DNA of 32,000 nt. Source: Alkalilimnicola ehrlichii MLHE-1 (lineage in GTDB: Bacteria > Pseudomonadota > Gammaproteobacteria > Nitrococcales > Halorhodospiraceae). Under the pieces are notes generated by a model. That model was not told where the DNA came from. It did no database searches and worked only from the letters and a program-made list of their open reading frames with translations. Of this stretch, positions 6,905-16,851 are shown in pieces. The position numbers and the translations under genes were made by a program. The stretch lies in the NCBI RefSeq assembly GCF_000014785.1, contig NC_008340.1, forward strand, positions 2,070,001 through 2,102,000. The letters are read 5' to 3'. Position 1 is the first letter of the stretch, and the number at the start of each line of letters is the position of its first letter.

Positions 6905-7594
6905 TCAGCGCCGGAGCATCCTGAGCCAGGCCCAGATATTGAGCAGGCTCATCAATGACTGGGCCACGTAGGTGAGGGCCGCGGCGGTGAGGATGCGGCG
7001 GGCGTGGGGATAGTCCACCGGTTTCAGATAGCGGCCCCGCTCCAGCATGGGCAGGGCGCGACCGAAGCTGGCGTCCCACTCCGTGGGCAGGGTGACCAGG
7101 TGCACCACCGCCGCCAGCCCCATGGAGAGCATGCCGGCAAGGAACAGCAGCAGCCCGGGGGCCGGCATCCGCACCAGCAGGGTGACCACCGGGATGGCGA
7201 ACATCATGATCGCGCCCAGGCGCTGCCCACCGGCCGCCAGCCGCACCAGGTGGCCCCGCGCCTTGAAGGGCGGGTAGCCGCTGGCGTGCTGCAGGGCATG
7301 ACCCACCTCGTGGGCGGCGACGGTGACAGCGGTGAGCGAGCGCCCGCGGTAGTTGTCCGGTGACAGCCGCACCGCCCGCGCCTCCGGGTCGTAGTGATCG
7401 GCACCGGGGTCGGTCATCTCCACGGCCACCTCGTCCAGCTGGGCGCGCCGGAGCAGGTGCCGGGCCAGCTCCGCGCCGGTGCCGGGGTAGCGGTCCGCCG
7501 GGGTGCTGTACTTGGCCATGACGTGCCGAACCCACAAGCCGGGCAGGTAGAGCACCGCCAGCACCACCACCGCCAGGATGATCAGGGCAATCAT
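6905..7594 (-). CDS. YugP-type putative neutral zinc metallopeptidase (Zn_peptidase_2 family), membrane protein
   Basis: 229 aa. It has an N-terminal TM helix, 'DHYDP...VRLS', the HExxH motif 'AAHEVGHALQH' and C-terminal TM helices. It is collinear with B. subtilis YugP as I recall it. The start lies 15 nt downstream of the recJ stop. Confidence 0.88.
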   Translation of the reverse strand: MIALIILAVVVLAVLYLPGLWVRHVMAKYSTPADRYPGTGAELARHLLRRAQLDEVAVEMTDPGADHYDPEARAVRLSPDNYRGRSLTAVTVAAHEVGHALQHASGYPPFKARGHLVRLAAGGQRLGAIMMFAIPVVTLLVRMPAPGLLLFLAGMLSMGLAAVVHLVTLPTEWDASFGRALPMLERGRYLKPVDYPHARRILTAAALTYVAQSLMSLLNIWAWLRMLRR

Positions 7595-7609
7595 GGCTCG
7601 GGTTTCCCC

Positions 7610-9343
7610 TCAGGGCTCCACGTGTTCCACCACCAGCTGGGCCCGCTCCCGACCCCGCCAGTGGTTGACGTCCAGGCGGTAGGCGAGTCTCGGGGTGGCG
7701 CCGTCCAGGGCCTCCCAGCCCTGGGCCACGCCGTTGAAGGCGATGGCCTCCAGGGGCCCGCCGCCGTCCGGGTGCGCCAGGTTGAAGCGGACATGGCGCT
7801 CGCCCACGATCCGGCTGCCCGTGACCTGGAAACAGCCGTCGAAGACCGGCTCGGGGAAGCCCTGGCCCCAGGGGCCGGCCTCGCGGAGCTGGCGCGCCGC
7901 ATCGAGGTTCAGCTCAGCGCCGGTGAGTTCCCCGTCCGAGGCCACCTCCGCGTCCGGCAGCCCGTCCCGCAGGGCCTCCGCCAAGGCGGCCTCGAAGGCC
8001 TCGCGAAAGCGCGGGAAGTCCGCCGCCCGCAGGTTGAGTCCGGCGGCCATGGCATGCCCCCCGAACTTCCCCACCAGGCCCGGATGGCGCCGGCTGATGG
8101 CCTCCAGTAGGTCCCTGAGGTGCAGCCCCGGCACGGAGCGCCCGGACCCCTTCAGCATACCCTCTCCGGTGGGCGCAAAGGCCACCACCGGACACTGATA
8201 GCGCTCCTTCAGCCGGGAGGCCAGGATACCGATCACCCCCTGGTGCCAGGCCCCGTCCATCAGGCAGAGACCGAGCGGACGCTGCCCGCCCGAGACCGGA
8301 TCGCCCAAGTGGTCGAGCAGTGCCAACGCCTCATCGGTCATCCGCGCCTCGATCTCACGGCGCTCCCGGTTGAGTCCGTCGAGGCGCGCGGCAAGGCTCC
8401 GGGCCCGCCGCGGGTCGTCGGTCAGCAGGCACTCCACCCCCAGCGCCATGTCGGTGAGCCGGCCGGCGGCGTTCAGGCGCGGGCCGGCGGCAAAGCCCAG
8501 GTCGGAGGCCACCAGGCGATCGGGATCGCGTCCGGCCACCTCGAGCAGCGCGCGGATGCCCGGACAGCCCTGGCCGGTGCGGATCCGGCCCAGGCCCTGG
8601 GCCACCAGGATGCGGTTGTTGTGATCCAGTGGCACCACATCGGCCACCGTACCCAGCGCCACCAGGTCCAGCAGCCGGTCCAGACGGGGTTCCGGCAGGT
8701 GCTCGTCGGCAAACCAATCCTCCCGGCGCAGGTGGCTGCGTAACGCGGCCAGGACATAGAACATGACCCCCACCCCGGCCAGTGCGCGACTGCCGAAGGC
8801 CTGCCCGGGGAGGTTGGGATTGACAATGGCATCGGCCGCGGGCAGCGCGTCACCGGGCAGGTGGTGGTCGGTGACCAGCACCCCGATGCCGCGGGCCCTG
8901 GCGGCGGCCACCCCCTCCAGGCTGGAGATCCCGTTGTCCACGGTGATGATCAGGTCCGGATCCTGTTCGCGGACGGCGAGGTCCACCAGCTCCGGCGACA
9001 GCCCGTAGCCGTACTCAAAGCGGTTGGGCACCAGATAACCAATGCGCCGGGCGCCCATGGCCCGAAGGCCGCGCAGGGCCAGGGCGCAGCTGGTGGCCCC
9101 ATCGGCGTCGAAATCGCCCACCACGCAGATCCGGTGCTGGCGGCGCAGGGCCTCGGCCAGCAGCCGGGTGGCCGGGTCGATGCCGGCCAGGTCGCCCGGC
9201 GGCAGCAAGTGGGCCAGGCCGAGCTCCAGCTCCCGTGCGGAGCGGATCTCACGGCGGGCATAGACCCGCTGGAGCACGCCGGGCAGGCGGTTTGAGACCT
9301 CGGCGGGAAGTTCGATAGCGGGACGACGGACGATACGGCGCAT
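7610..9343 (-). CDS. recJ: single-stranded-DNA-specific exonuclease RecJ
   Basis: DHH motifs are present: 'ICVVGDFDADGATS', 'IITVDNG', 'VLVTDHH', plus the DHHA1 'GGHAMAAG'. I chose the ATG at 9343 (MRRIVRRP...), giving 577 aa as in E. coli RecJ. The upstream 71 codons of the track ORF are Pro/Arg-rich and look like non-coding translation. Confidence 0.93.
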   Translation of the reverse strand: MRRIVRRPAIELPAEVSNRLPGVLQRVYARREIRSARELELGLAHLLPPGDLAGIDPATRLLAEALRRQHRICVVGDFDADGATSCALALRGLRAMGARRIGYLVPNRFEYGYGLSPELVDLAVREQDPDLIITVDNGISSLEGVAAARARGIGVLVTDHHLPGDALPAADAIVNPNLPGQAFGSRALAGVGVMFYVLAALRSHLRREDWFADEHLPEPRLDRLLDLVALGTVADVVPLDHNNRILVAQGLGRIRTGQGCPGIRALLEVAGRDPDRLVASDLGFAAGPRLNAAGRLTDMALGVECLLTDDPRRARSLAARLDGLNRERREIEARMTDEALALLDHLGDPVSGGQRPLGLCLMDGAWHQGVIGILASRLKERYQCPVVAFAPTGEGMLKGSGRSVPGLHLRDLLEAISRRHPGLVGKFGGHAMAAGLNLRAADFPRFREAFEAALAEALRDGLPDAEVASDGELTGAELNLDAARQLREAGPWGQGFPEPVFDGCFQVTGSRIVGERHVRFNLAHPDGGGPLEAIAFNGVAQGWEALDGATPRLAYRLDVNHWRGRERAQLVVEHVEP

Positions 9344-9411
9344 GGGGCAACCAATCGGGGCGAGCGCGCGCCTTCCTGGCCGGATCGCACTCGCAGGATA
9401 GACTTGGGCGG

Positions 9412-10431
9412 TCAGCCTTCCAGGCTCAACCAGCGATCCAGGTCGTGGCGGCGGCGCCAGAAGCGCCAGCGGCCGCCACCGGTCCGGGTCCAGGCCCGGC
9501 CGGTACCGGCGTCCAGACGCACCCTGCGGCGACTGGCGGCCAGGCCCCGGAACCAACCCCGCTCCAGCGCCTCCAGCCAGGCCAGCCAGGCGCCGAGATC
9601 CTGCTCGGCCAGGGCCCGGGCAGGACCGTCGCAGACCACCAGGTGATCGCCATCATCGGTCTCCGGCAACCGGTCCAGGTCGAGCGGCGCCACCTGCACT
9701 CCGGTGTGCTTGCCGAGCCCGATCAGCGTGAGGTCGTCCCCGTGCAGGCCGGCGAGCTCATTGCGCCACCGCAGCGGGCGCAATCGCCCCCCACCCCAGG
9801 GCCAGATACCATTGATCATGGGCCGGCCCTGATCCTGGCGCACCTGGTTGACCGGATGGGTATGGAACAGCATCTGCGCCTCGTTGAGCAGGCTGGCCCA
9901 GCGACCGGCCTGCTCGCCCCGCGGCAGGGCCTCGCCCATGCCGCGGCCGATCACCGCGTGCAGGGGCGTGGTGGTCACCGTGGCCAGCGCCTCCGGCACC
10001 CGCAGGTACCAGCGCTGGGGGGCGGGGGCGCGCAGTTCCACACCGTCACCGGAGAAAAAGCCGTTGAACGCCATCACCAGTTCGTCGGTCTCGGACGGCT
10101 CCGGCAACGCCGGGCCGCCGTGAAAGACGACGATGCGGTCACGATCCGGGTGCAGCATGACCGGGTCGGCACGGAACCAGTAGCCTTCGGCAGGATCCAC
10201 GCCCTCCGCCACCAGGCCCAGGGGGCCGGCGCAGAGGGCATCGGGATCCTCAAGCCGGGCCGCCAGCAGCGTGGTGAGCTCACCGGAAGGGGAGCGCTCG
10301 GCAGTGCTCCGGTTGAGCAGATCGGCCAGCCCCGGAAACCGCCCCAGGACCTCGGGTGCCCGGGCGGCGGCCCGGGGCACCGGGCCGAGCAGGCCGGGCA
10401 GGAGCAGGTGCAGGGTACCTTCGCCGGCCAT
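9412..10431 (-). CDS. conserved hypothetical protein, RpfE-type 'regulatory protein' family (function unknown)
   Basis: 339 aa with an ATG start. The N-terminus 'LHLLLPGLLGP' and the motif 'NGIWPWGGG' match my recollection of the gammaproteobacterial RpfE-like family, which is often mis-annotated as phosphoglycerate mutase. Adjacency to recJ is as in Xanthomonas. No catalytic motif was recognised. Confidence 0.6.
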   Translation of the reverse strand: MAGEGTLHLLLPGLLGPVPRAAARAPEVLGRFPGLADLLNRSTAERSPSGELTTLLAARLEDPDALCAGPLGLVAEGVDPAEGYWFRADPVMLHPDRDRIVVFHGGPALPEPSETDELVMAFNGFFSGDGVELRAPAPQRWYLRVPEALATVTTTPLHAVIGRGMGEALPRGEQAGRWASLLNEAQMLFHTHPVNQVRQDQGRPMINGIWPWGGGRLRPLRWRNELAGLHGDDLTLIGLGKHTGVQVAPLDLDRLPETDDGDHLVVCDGPARALAEQDLGAWLAWLEALERGWFRGLAASRRRVRLDAGTGRAWTRTGGGRWRFWRRRHDLDRWLSLEG

Positions 10432-10442
10432 CGGGCAGGCCC

Positions 10443-11579
10443 CTACAGGCGATCCGTGATCGCCCGGCGCACGTCGTCCAGGGTGGCGTCGATGGTGCGC
10501 AGGGCGTCACTGGACTGGCGGATGGCGATATCCGGGTCCTTCAACCCGTGGCCGGTCAGGGTGCAGACCACTGTGCTGCCCTCGGGGATGGTGCCGTGGC
10601 GGATATCGCGCAGGGCACCGGCCAGAGACGTGGCCGAGGCCGGCTCGCAGAAGACGCCCTCGCGATCGGCCAACAGTCGCTGGGCCTCGAGGATCTCCTG
10701 GTCCGTGCACTCGTCGAACCAGCCACCGGACTCCTCCTTGACCTTCCAGGCGTAGTCCCAGGACTGGGGATGGCCGATGCGGATGGCGGTGGCCACCGTC
10801 TCCGGGTCGTCGACCATGTGGCCGCGCAGGAAGGGCGCGCTGCCGCTGGCCTGGTAGCCCACCATCACCGGGCGCTTGTCGACAATAGCACTGGCGTAGC
10901 GGCAGTGGCCGTTGCACAGGGTGCAGGCCTCGGTGAGGATGCCCTCGCCGCGCCCGGAGTACTCGCAGTAGCCGATCCAGTGGGCGGTGATATTGCCGGC
11001 ATTGCCCACGGGCAGGCAGTGATAGTCAGGGGCGCGCTCCAGCTCCTCGACGATCTCGAAGGCGGCGGTCTTCTGGCCCTGGAGCCGGTAGGGGTTCACC
11101 GAGTTGACGATGGTCACCGGGGCCTGCTCCGCCACCTCCTTGACCAGACGCATGCCATCGTCGAAGTTGCCACGGATCTGCAGCACATCGGCGCCGTGCA
11201 TGATCGCCTGGGCGAGCTTGCCCATGGCGATCTTGCCGTCGGGGATGAGCACGAAGGCCTTGATGCCGGCACGGGCGGCGTAGGCGGCGGCCGAGGCCGA
11301 GGTGTTGCCGGTGGAGGCGCAGATAATGGCCTTGCTGCCCTCCTCCACCGCCTTGGTCACCGCCATGGTCATGCCGCGGTCCTTGAACGAGCCGGTGGGG
11401 TTCAGCCCCTCGTATTTGACGTAGATGTCCACGTCCTTGCCCAGCTCGCCGGGGATGTTGTTGAGCCGGATGAGCGGGGTGTTGCCCTCGCCCAGACTGA
11501 TCAGGCGGCTGTCATCCTTGACCGGCAGGCGGTCGTGGTACTTCGCGATGAGACCGGTATAACGCGGACGGAACGGCAT
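10443..11579 (-). CDS. thrC: threonine synthase
   Basis: 378 aa. 'NPTGSFKDRGMT' contains the PLP-binding Lys and 'ASTGNTSAS' is the phosphate loop. It lies directly downstream of hom. Confidence 0.93.
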   Translation of the reverse strand: MPFRPRYTGLIAKYHDRLPVKDDSRLISLGEGNTPLIRLNNIPGELGKDVDIYVKYEGLNPTGSFKDRGMTMAVTKAVEEGSKAIICASTGNTSASAAAYAARAGIKAFVLIPDGKIAMGKLAQAIMHGADVLQIRGNFDDGMRLVKEVAEQAPVTIVNSVNPYRLQGQKTAAFEIVEELERAPDYHCLPVGNAGNITAHWIGYCEYSGRGEGILTEACTLCNGHCRYASAIVDKRPVMVGYQASGSAPFLRGHMVDDPETVATAIRIGHPQSWDYAWKVKEESGGWFDECTDQEILEAQRLLADREGVFCEPASATSLAGALRDIRHGTIPEGSTVVCTLTGHGLKDPDIAIRQSSDALRTIDATLDDVRRAITDRL

Positions 11580-11601
11580 CGGTGTGCAAACCTCGGGTGG
11601 A

Positions 11602-12915
11602 TCAGGAATCGAAACGCTCGACGCGGATCCGCGTCAGGCGCCCATTGACGGCCGGCAGGGCCTCGATCTGTTCGATAGCGGCGTTCATGCGGTGTTCCTT
11701 GACCCGGTGGGTCAGGAAGATGACCGGCACGTCCTCGGCGCCCGGGGCCGGCTCCTTCTGCATGATCGCCTCAATGCTGATGCCCAACTCACCGAGGATG
11801 CGGGTCACCTCGGCGAGCACGCCCGGCTCGTCCTGGGCCATCAGGCGAATGTAGTAGGCACTCTCCACCTCGCCCATGTCCAGCACCGGGTCGTTGGACA
11901 GGAAGTGGGACTGGAAGGCCAGGTAGGGCACGCGGTTCTCCGGCTCCAGGTTGAATTCGCGCACCACATCCACCAGGTCGGCCACCACCGCGGAGGCGGT
12001 GGGCTCGGAGCCGGCACCCGGGCCGTAGTAGAGCGTGGGGCCCACGGCGTCACCGCAGACCATGACCGCGTTCATCACCCCGTCCACGTTGGCGAGCATG
12101 TGCCGCTGGGGCAGCAGCGTGGGGTGCACCCGGAGGGAGTAACCGTTTTCCTCGTGCACACAGATCCCCAGGTGTTTGATGCGGTAGCCCAGCTCCTCTG
12201 CCCAGCCCACATCCTCGGCGGTGACATGGGCGATACCCTCCACGTGCACCTTGTCGAACTGCAGCGGGATGCCGAAGGCGATGGAGGCCAGAATGGTGAG
12301 CTTGTGCGCCGCGTCAATGCCCTCCACGTCGAAGGTGGGGTCGGCCTCGGCATAGCCCAGACGCTGAGCTTCCGCCAGCACCTCGCCGAACTCGCGCCCG
12401 GCGTAGAACATCTCGGTGAAGATGTAATTGGCGGTGCCATTGATGATGCCGGCCAGCCACTGGATGCGGTTGCCGGTCAGGCCCTCGCGCACGGCCTTGA
12501 TGATCGGGATGCCGCCGGCCACCGCCGCCTCGAAGACCACGGTGACGCCCTTGTCCCGGGCACGGGCGAAGATCTCATTACCGTGAAGGGCGATCAGCGC
12601 CTTGTTGGCGGTCACCACGTGCTTGCCGTTGTCGATGGCGCGCAGCACCAGCTCCCGGGCCGGCTCGTAGCCGCCGATCAGCTCAACGATGATCTCGGTC
12701 TCAGGGTCATCGACCACCTGGAAGGGGTCGCTGGTCAGGCGGATACCCTCGGTGCGGCAACTGCGCGGACGGTCCAGGTGGCGGGCGGCGGCGGCCACCA
12801 CCTGGATCTCACGGCCGGCGCGGCGGGTGATCTCGTCGTTGTTGCGCTCCAGGATATTCACAGTACCGCTGCCCACGGTACCCAGACCTAGCAGGCCGAC
12901 TTTGACCGGTTTCAA
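11602..12915 (-). CDS. hom: homoserine dehydrogenase
   Basis: 437 aa. '[14 protein letters not shown]' is the NAD(P) fold, 'VVTANKAL' a catalytic-domain motif, and the C-terminus has an ACT domain. The start codon is TTG (complement of 12913-12915), with a strong SD 'ggggagg' 8 nt upstream. It overlaps the aminotransferase stop as TTGA. Confidence 0.94.
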   Translation of the reverse strand: MKPVKVGLLGLGTVGSGTVNILERNNDEITRRAGREIQVVAAAARHLDRPRSCRTEGIRLTSDPFQVVDDPETEIIVELIGGYEPARELVLRAIDNGKHVVTANKALIALHGNEIFARARDKGVTVVFEAAVAGGIPIIKAVREGLTGNRIQWLAGIINGTANYIFTEMFYAGREFGEVLAEAQRLGYAEADPTFDVEGIDAAHKLTILASIAFGIPLQFDKVHVEGIAHVTAEDVGWAEELGYRIKHLGICVHEENGYSLRVHPTLLPQRHMLANVDGVMNAVMVCGDAVGPTLYYGPGAGSEPTASAVVADLVDVVREFNLEPENRVPYLAFQSHFLSNDPVLDMGEVESAYYIRLMAQDEPGVLAEVTRILGELGISIEAIMQKEPAPGAEDVPVIFLTHRVKEHRMNAAIEQIEALPAVNGRLTRIRVERFDS

Positions 12916-14135
12916 GAGCTCACCTCCCCTTCCTGTTGTTGGTCGTGCTGACCGTCCCGACGGAACATTTGCTTGATGCAGCGGATGGCCTGACGCGTGC
13001 GGTGCTCGTTCTCAATCAGCCCGAAGCGCACGTACTCGTCGCCGTAATCACCGAAGCCGATCCCCGGCGAGACCGCCACTTTGGCATCCCGCAGCAGCTT
13101 TTTGGCGAATTCCAGCGAGCCCATGTCGCGATAGCGCTCCGGGATGCGGGCCCAGACGAACATGGTGGCCTTGGGTTTCTCCACCTCCCAGCCGGCCGCA
13201 TTAAGGCCTTCACAGAGCACGTCACGCCGCCGCCGGTACATCTCACAGATCTCCTGGACGCACTCCTGAGGGCCCTCCAGCGCCGCAATGGCTGCCACCT
13301 GGATGGGCGTGAAGGTGCCATAGTCCAGGTAGGATTTCATGCGCGCCAGCGCCGCGATCAGATGGCGGTTGCCGCACATGAAACCGACGCGCCAACCCGG
13401 CATGTTGTAGCTCTTCGACAGCGAGAAGGACTCGACGGCCACCTCCTTCGCCCCCGGCACTTCAAGGATGGAGGGCGCCCGGTAGCCATCGAACACGATA
13501 TCGGCGTAGGCCAGATCGTGGACCACCCAGATGTTGTGCTGACGCGCCACCGCCACCACCTTCTCGAAGAACTCCAGGTCCACGCAGGCACTGGTGGGGT
13601 TCGACGGGAAGTTAAGGATCAACATCTTGGGCTTGGGATAACTGTCCCGGATGGCCTTCTCCATCTCGGCAAAGAAATCGCCGTCGGGGAGCATGGGCAC
13701 ATGCCGGATATCGGCCCCGGCAATCACCACCCCGTAGGGGTGAATGGGGTAGGCCGGGTTGGGGACCAGCACCGCGTCGCCCGGGGCCAGCGTGGCCAGC
13801 GCCAGGTGCGCCAGACCCTCCTTGGAGCCGATCGTGACGATGGCCTCGGTCTCCCGGTCCAGGTCCACATCGTAGCGGTCGCGGTACCAGTTACAAATGG
13901 CACGACGCAGGCGCGGGATGCCACGGGACATGGAGTAACGGTGGGTGTCCCCGCGCTGGGCCACCTCCGTCAATTTGTCGACAATGTGCTGCGGGGTGGG
14001 CTGATCCGGGTTGCCCATGCCGAAGTCCACGATGTCCTCCCCGCGGGCACGGGCCGCCGCCTTCAACTCGTTGACAATATTGAAGACATAGGGCGGCAGA
14101 CGCTTGATGCGGGGAAACTCATCGCTCAGGTTCAT
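12912..14135 (-). CDS. class I/II pyridoxal-phosphate aminotransferase (AlaC/AlaA-like)
   Basis: 407 aa. '[15 protein letters not shown]', 'DFGMGNPD' and '[17 protein letters not shown]' (PLP Lys) are present. The aminotransferase-hom-thrC gene order is common in proteobacteria. Confidence 0.9.
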   Translation of the reverse strand: MNLSDEFPRIKRLPPYVFNIVNELKAAARARGEDIVDFGMGNPDQPTPQHIVDKLTEVAQRGDTHRYSMSRGIPRLRRAICNWYRDRYDVDLDRETEAIVTIGSKEGLAHLALATLAPGDAVLVPNPAYPIHPYGVVIAGADIRHVPMLPDGDFFAEMEKAIRDSYPKPKMLILNFPSNPTSACVDLEFFEKVVAVARQHNIWVVHDLAYADIVFDGYRAPSILEVPGAKEVAVESFSLSKSYNMPGWRVGFMCGNRHLIAALARMKSYLDYGTFTPIQVAAIAALEGPQECVQEICEMYRRRRDVLCEGLNAAGWEVEKPKATMFVWARIPERYRDMGSLEFAKKLLRDAKVAVSPGIGFGDYGDEYVRFGLIENEHRTRQAIRCIKQMFRRDGQHDQQQEGEVSS

Positions 14136-14298
14136 GGTACTCGCAGCACTCCATATACGGCTAAGCCCGCCCAGCGTCGGATACGGCGCGGAAGGCGGGC
14201 ACGTTAATTCTGGTAACTAAGCGTGTCAATGTACCCATTTGTCGCCCCGCTTGTCATCCCCGGTGCGCGGCGGCCCCGCCCCCTGAAACCCAGCCCCT

Positions 14299-14307
14299 TG
14301 GTACAAT
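14299..14307 (+). promoter_or_regulatory. candidate extended -10 element TGgTACAAT for the Mth938-like gene
   Basis: tggtacaat lies about 40 nt upstream of the ATG at 14347, in the divergent intergenic region. No good -35 element is present. Confidence 0.25.
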
Positions 14308-14346
14308 GGGCGGTTGAAACCCCCTGTTACGCGGAGACCCCGGCCA

Positions 14347-14721
14347 ATGAAGATCACTCAGGAGTACGGCACCGCCCGCTACCGCATACGCGCCTACCAG
14401 CCGGGCGAGGTACAGATCAACGACCAGTGCCACCGCAACAGCCTGATCCTGGGCCTGGAGTCGCTGATCACCGACTGGGGGCCGGAGTCGCTGGACGAGC
14501 TCACCGCCGAGCACATGGAGGCGGTGCTCAGCCTGGCCCCCGAGGTCATCATCCTGGGCACCGGCGAGCGCCAGCGCTTCCCGTCCAGGGAGATCATGCT
14601 GCCGCTGCTGCGCGAGGGCATCGGGGTGGAGGTGATGGCCAACGATGCCGCCTGCCGGACTTACAACATCCTGATGAGTGAGGACCGGCGCGTGGCCCTG
14701 GCGCTGATCCTCACCGACTGA
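14347..14721 (+). CDS. Mth938-like domain protein (DUF498; NDUFAF3-related)
   Basis: I use the ATG at 14347 (MKITQEYG...), not the track start at 14314. 'VIILGTGERQRF' and 'GIGVEVMANDAACRTYNILMSEDRRVALALIL' are characteristic of this family. Confidence 0.78.
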   Translation: MKITQEYGTARYRIRAYQPGEVQINDQCHRNSLILGLESLITDWGPESLDELTAEHMEAVLSLAPEVIILGTGERQRFPSREIMLPLLREGIGVEVMANDAACRTYNILMSEDRRVALALILTD

Positions 14722-14756
14722 GCCCCGGTCCCACCGCCGGCCTCCTGCCACCAAAC

Positions 14757-14797
14757 GCAGAGCACCCCGACGGTCGCCGACCGCCGGGGTGCTCTGC
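14757..14797. terminator. perfect 13-bp stem hairpin between the convergent Mth938-like gene and rpoS (candidate bidirectional terminator)
   Basis: The arms gcagagcaccccg (14757-14769) and cggggtgctctgc (14785-14797) are separated by a 15-nt loop. On the minus strand a weak 'gttt' follows. Confidence 0.45.
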
Positions 14798-14824
14798 CCG
14801 GGTCTGAACCTGATGGCGGTGCCG

Positions 14825-15853
14825 TCAGCCGAACACGGCGTCCTGGGAGAACCCCTCCCGCTCCATGACCTCGCGCAGCCGGCGCAGGGCGTCGATCTGG
14901 ATCTGGCGTACCCGCTCACGGGTCACGCCGATCTCATTGCCGACCTGCTCCAGCGTCGCCCGATCATGGCCGTTGAGACCGAAGCGGCGCTCCACCACCG
15001 CCCGCTGTTTCTCGGTCAGCTCACCCAGCCAGGCCTCCAAGTTGCCAAAGACATCGCCGTCCTGAAGCGCGGAGACCGGGTCGACGTTGTTTTCATCCGG
15101 GATGGCGTCGAGCAGCACCCGATCCGCATCACGGCCGATGGGCACGTCCACCGAGGTGGTGCCCTCATTGAGCCCCCGCATCCGGCGCACGTCCTCCACA
15201 TCACGGCCCATATGGTCGGCGATCTCCTCCACCGAGGGCTCGTGGTCCAGCTCCTGGGTCAGCTTGCGGGCCGCCCGCAGATACTGGTTGATCTCCTTGA
15301 TGACGTGAATGGGCAACCGGATGGTGCGGGTCTGGTTCATGATGGCCCGCTCGATGGTCTGCCGGATCCACCAGGTGGCGTAGGTGGAGAACCGGAAGCC
15401 CCGCTCGGGATCGAACTTCTCGACGGCCCGGATGAGCCCCAGGTTGCCCTCCTCAATAAGGTCGAGAAAGGCCAGACCGCGGTTCATATAGCGACGCGCG
15501 ATCTTGACCACCAGCCGCAGGTTGCTTTCGATCATGCGGGCGCGGGCGGCGGCGTCGCCACGCTGGGCCCGGCGGGAGAAATAGACCTCCTCCTCCGCGG
15601 AGAGCAGCGGGGAGTAGCCGATTTCATTGAGGTAAATCTGGGTGGCGTCCAGGGAGGCCTGGTAGGCCGATTGCGTCCGTCGGCGGGGCAGACGCGGCTC
15701 TGGACGGTTAACGGGTTCGGTCTCGCCGGTAAGGGCCTGGGGGGTATCCCCGTCCAGGCTCACGGGTTCACTACGGTTGTCCCTATCATCTGAATCGACT
15801 ATATCCATGTCCACTGCTGGTTCCTCTGCATCAAGCCTTGTGAGATCCGCCAT
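14825..15853 (-). CDS. rpoS: RNA polymerase sigma factor RpoS (sigma-38)
   Basis: 342 aa. Region 2 ('[12 protein letters not shown]', '[36 protein letters not shown]'), region 3 and region 4 ('[20 protein letters not shown]') are present. It lies directly downstream of nlpD, as in enterics and pseudomonads. An SD GGAGGA sits 5 nt from the ATG. Confidence 0.93.
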   Translation of the reverse strand: MADLTRLDAEEPAVDMDIVDSDDRDNRSEPVSLDGDTPQALTGETEPVNRPEPRLPRRRTQSAYQASLDATQIYLNEIGYSPLLSAEEEVYFSRRAQRGDAAARARMIESNLRLVVKIARRYMNRGLAFLDLIEEGNLGLIRAVEKFDPERGFRFSTYATWWIRQTIERAIMNQTRTIRLPIHVIKEINQYLRAARKLTQELDHEPSVEEIADHMGRDVEDVRRMRGLNEGTTSVDVPIGRDADRVLLDAIPDENNVDPVSALQDGDVFGNLEAWLGELTEKQRAVVERRFGLNGHDRATLEQVGNEIGVTRERVRQIQIDALRRLREVMEREGFSQDAVFG

Positions 15854-16056
15854 GCGATCCTCCGATCCTGACCCTCATATGGCAGACGTTCCACGGTGCG
15901 ACGCGGCGCGTCCGCTCTTGGCTACCCTTCAGCGTGTGCTGTGCAGTGTATTGATGCACATATATTTTTTATGGTTAATGCCAAGCCGAAACTTGACACG
16001 AGTCACTATAGAACCGGGCAACGACCACTTTACAATAATTTTTAGCTATATTAGGC
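15854..16056 (-). promoter_or_regulatory. AT-rich 203-bp nlpD-rpoS intergenic region (rpoS promoter and/or leader)
   Basis: This is a marked drop in G+C relative to the flanks. It contains A/T runs (tatatttttta, acaataattttta). The exact -35/-10 elements are not confidently assignable. Confidence 0.4.
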
Positions 16057-16851
16057 CTATTGATTAGTCTTTTCCGGCAAATACCGGGTCGGGTCCACCG
16101 GCTCGCCGTCCCGGCGCAGCTCGAAGTGCAGCCCGGGGTGGTCGGCCCCCGGGCCGTGCCCCATCTCGGCGATCACCTGGCCCCGGCGCACCTGCTCGCC
16201 CTCGCCCACCTGCAAACGCCGGTTGTAGCCATAGGCGGTCAAGTACCGGCTGTCGTGCTTGATGATGACCAGGTTGCCGTAGCCCCGCAGGGCCGAGCCA
16301 CTGTAGACCACCGAGCCGGCGGCCGCCGCCCGGATGGCGTCGCCCTCACGCCCCCGGATCTCGATCCCCTGCTTGCCGCCGCCCCGATTGAAGGATTTGA
16401 CCACCTGGCCGGAGACCGGCCAGTCCCAGTCGATATCGCTGGCCGGCGCCTGTTGGCGGACGGGGGATGGGGTTCCGGTGGACCGGCTGTCGCGCCCTGC
16501 GGTGGTGCTTCCGGTCGCTGGACGATCGCTGCGGGAAGGGGGGGTGCCGCCCCCGCCGGAGCGACTGGCAACGGCGCCACCACTGCGGCCGCCGGCGCCC
16601 GGCGGGTTGAGCCGCAAGCGCTGACCTGCGTAGATACGGTCGGGGGATTCGAGGTTATTCCAGCGGGCCACGTCGCGGTAGTCCAGGCCGTGGCGCCAGG
16701 AGATGGCGTACAGCGTGTCACCGGGGCGGACCTCGTAGTGATAGACCCGGCTGCTCCCGTCGCCCGTGAACGACGGCCAGGAGAAAGTGGTACAGCCCGC
16801 CAGCGAAACCGCCACCAGGGCCACCCACGCCAGCCGGATCAGCCCGTTCAT
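16057..16851 (-). CDS. nlpD: murein hydrolase activator NlpD (lipoprotein; LysM + M23 peptidase domains)
   Basis: The ATG at 16851 gives the lipobox 'LVAVSLAGC'. The LysM domain is 'YEVRPGDTLYAISWRHGLDYRDVARWNNL', followed by a low-complexity linker and the M23 domain 'GIEIRGREGDAIRAAAAGSVVYSG...GNLVIIKH...HFELR'. The upstream part of the 479-aa track ORF overlaps yqaA in another frame. Confidence 0.9.
   Translation of the reverse strand: MNGLIRLAWVALVAVSLAGCTTFSWPSFTGDGSSRVYHYEVRPGDTLYAISWRHGLDYRDVARWNNLESPDRIYAGQRLRLNPPGAGGRSGGAVASRSGGGGTPPSRSDRPATGSTTAGRDSRSTGTPSPVRQQAPASDIDWDWPVSGQVVKSFNRGGGKQGIEIRGREGDAIRAAAAGSVVYSGSALRGYGNLVIIKHDSRYLTAYGYNRRLQVGEGEQVRRGQVIAEMGHGPGADHPGLHFELRRDGEPVDPTRYLPEKTNQ

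Noticed and set aside
6681-7535. 284-aa minus-strand ORF overlapping the Zn-peptidase gene and running into the repeat array
   Set aside because: It is an alternative frame of the well-supported YugP-type peptidase CDS (6905..7594). The translation is Arg/Pro/Gly-rich with no recognisable motif.
9344-9556. N-terminal extensions offered by the ORF track for recJ (to 9556), nlpD (to 17496), yqaA (to 17654), ispF (to 25683), eno (to 28263), pyrG (to 30567), the FixJ-type regulator (to 21231), smr (from 18093), thiD (from 2431) and the Mth938-like gene (from 14314)
   Set aside because: In each case an internal start reproduces the canonical family N-terminus, for example [10 protein letters not shown] for PyrG, MIRVGQGFDAHRF for IspF and the lipobox for NlpD. 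The extension either overlaps the neighbouring gene or translates to Arg/Pro/Gly-rich sequence.
9445-14207. Very long plus-strand ORFs (9445..10755, 10356..11648, 11584..12891, 12936..14207; 420-436 aa each)
   Set aside because: All are antisense to well-supported genes (RpfE-like, thrC, hom, aminotransferase). Their translations are dominated by G/A/R/V/L/H/Q with no motifs. Such long open antisense frames are the expected artefact of high GC3 coding sequence.
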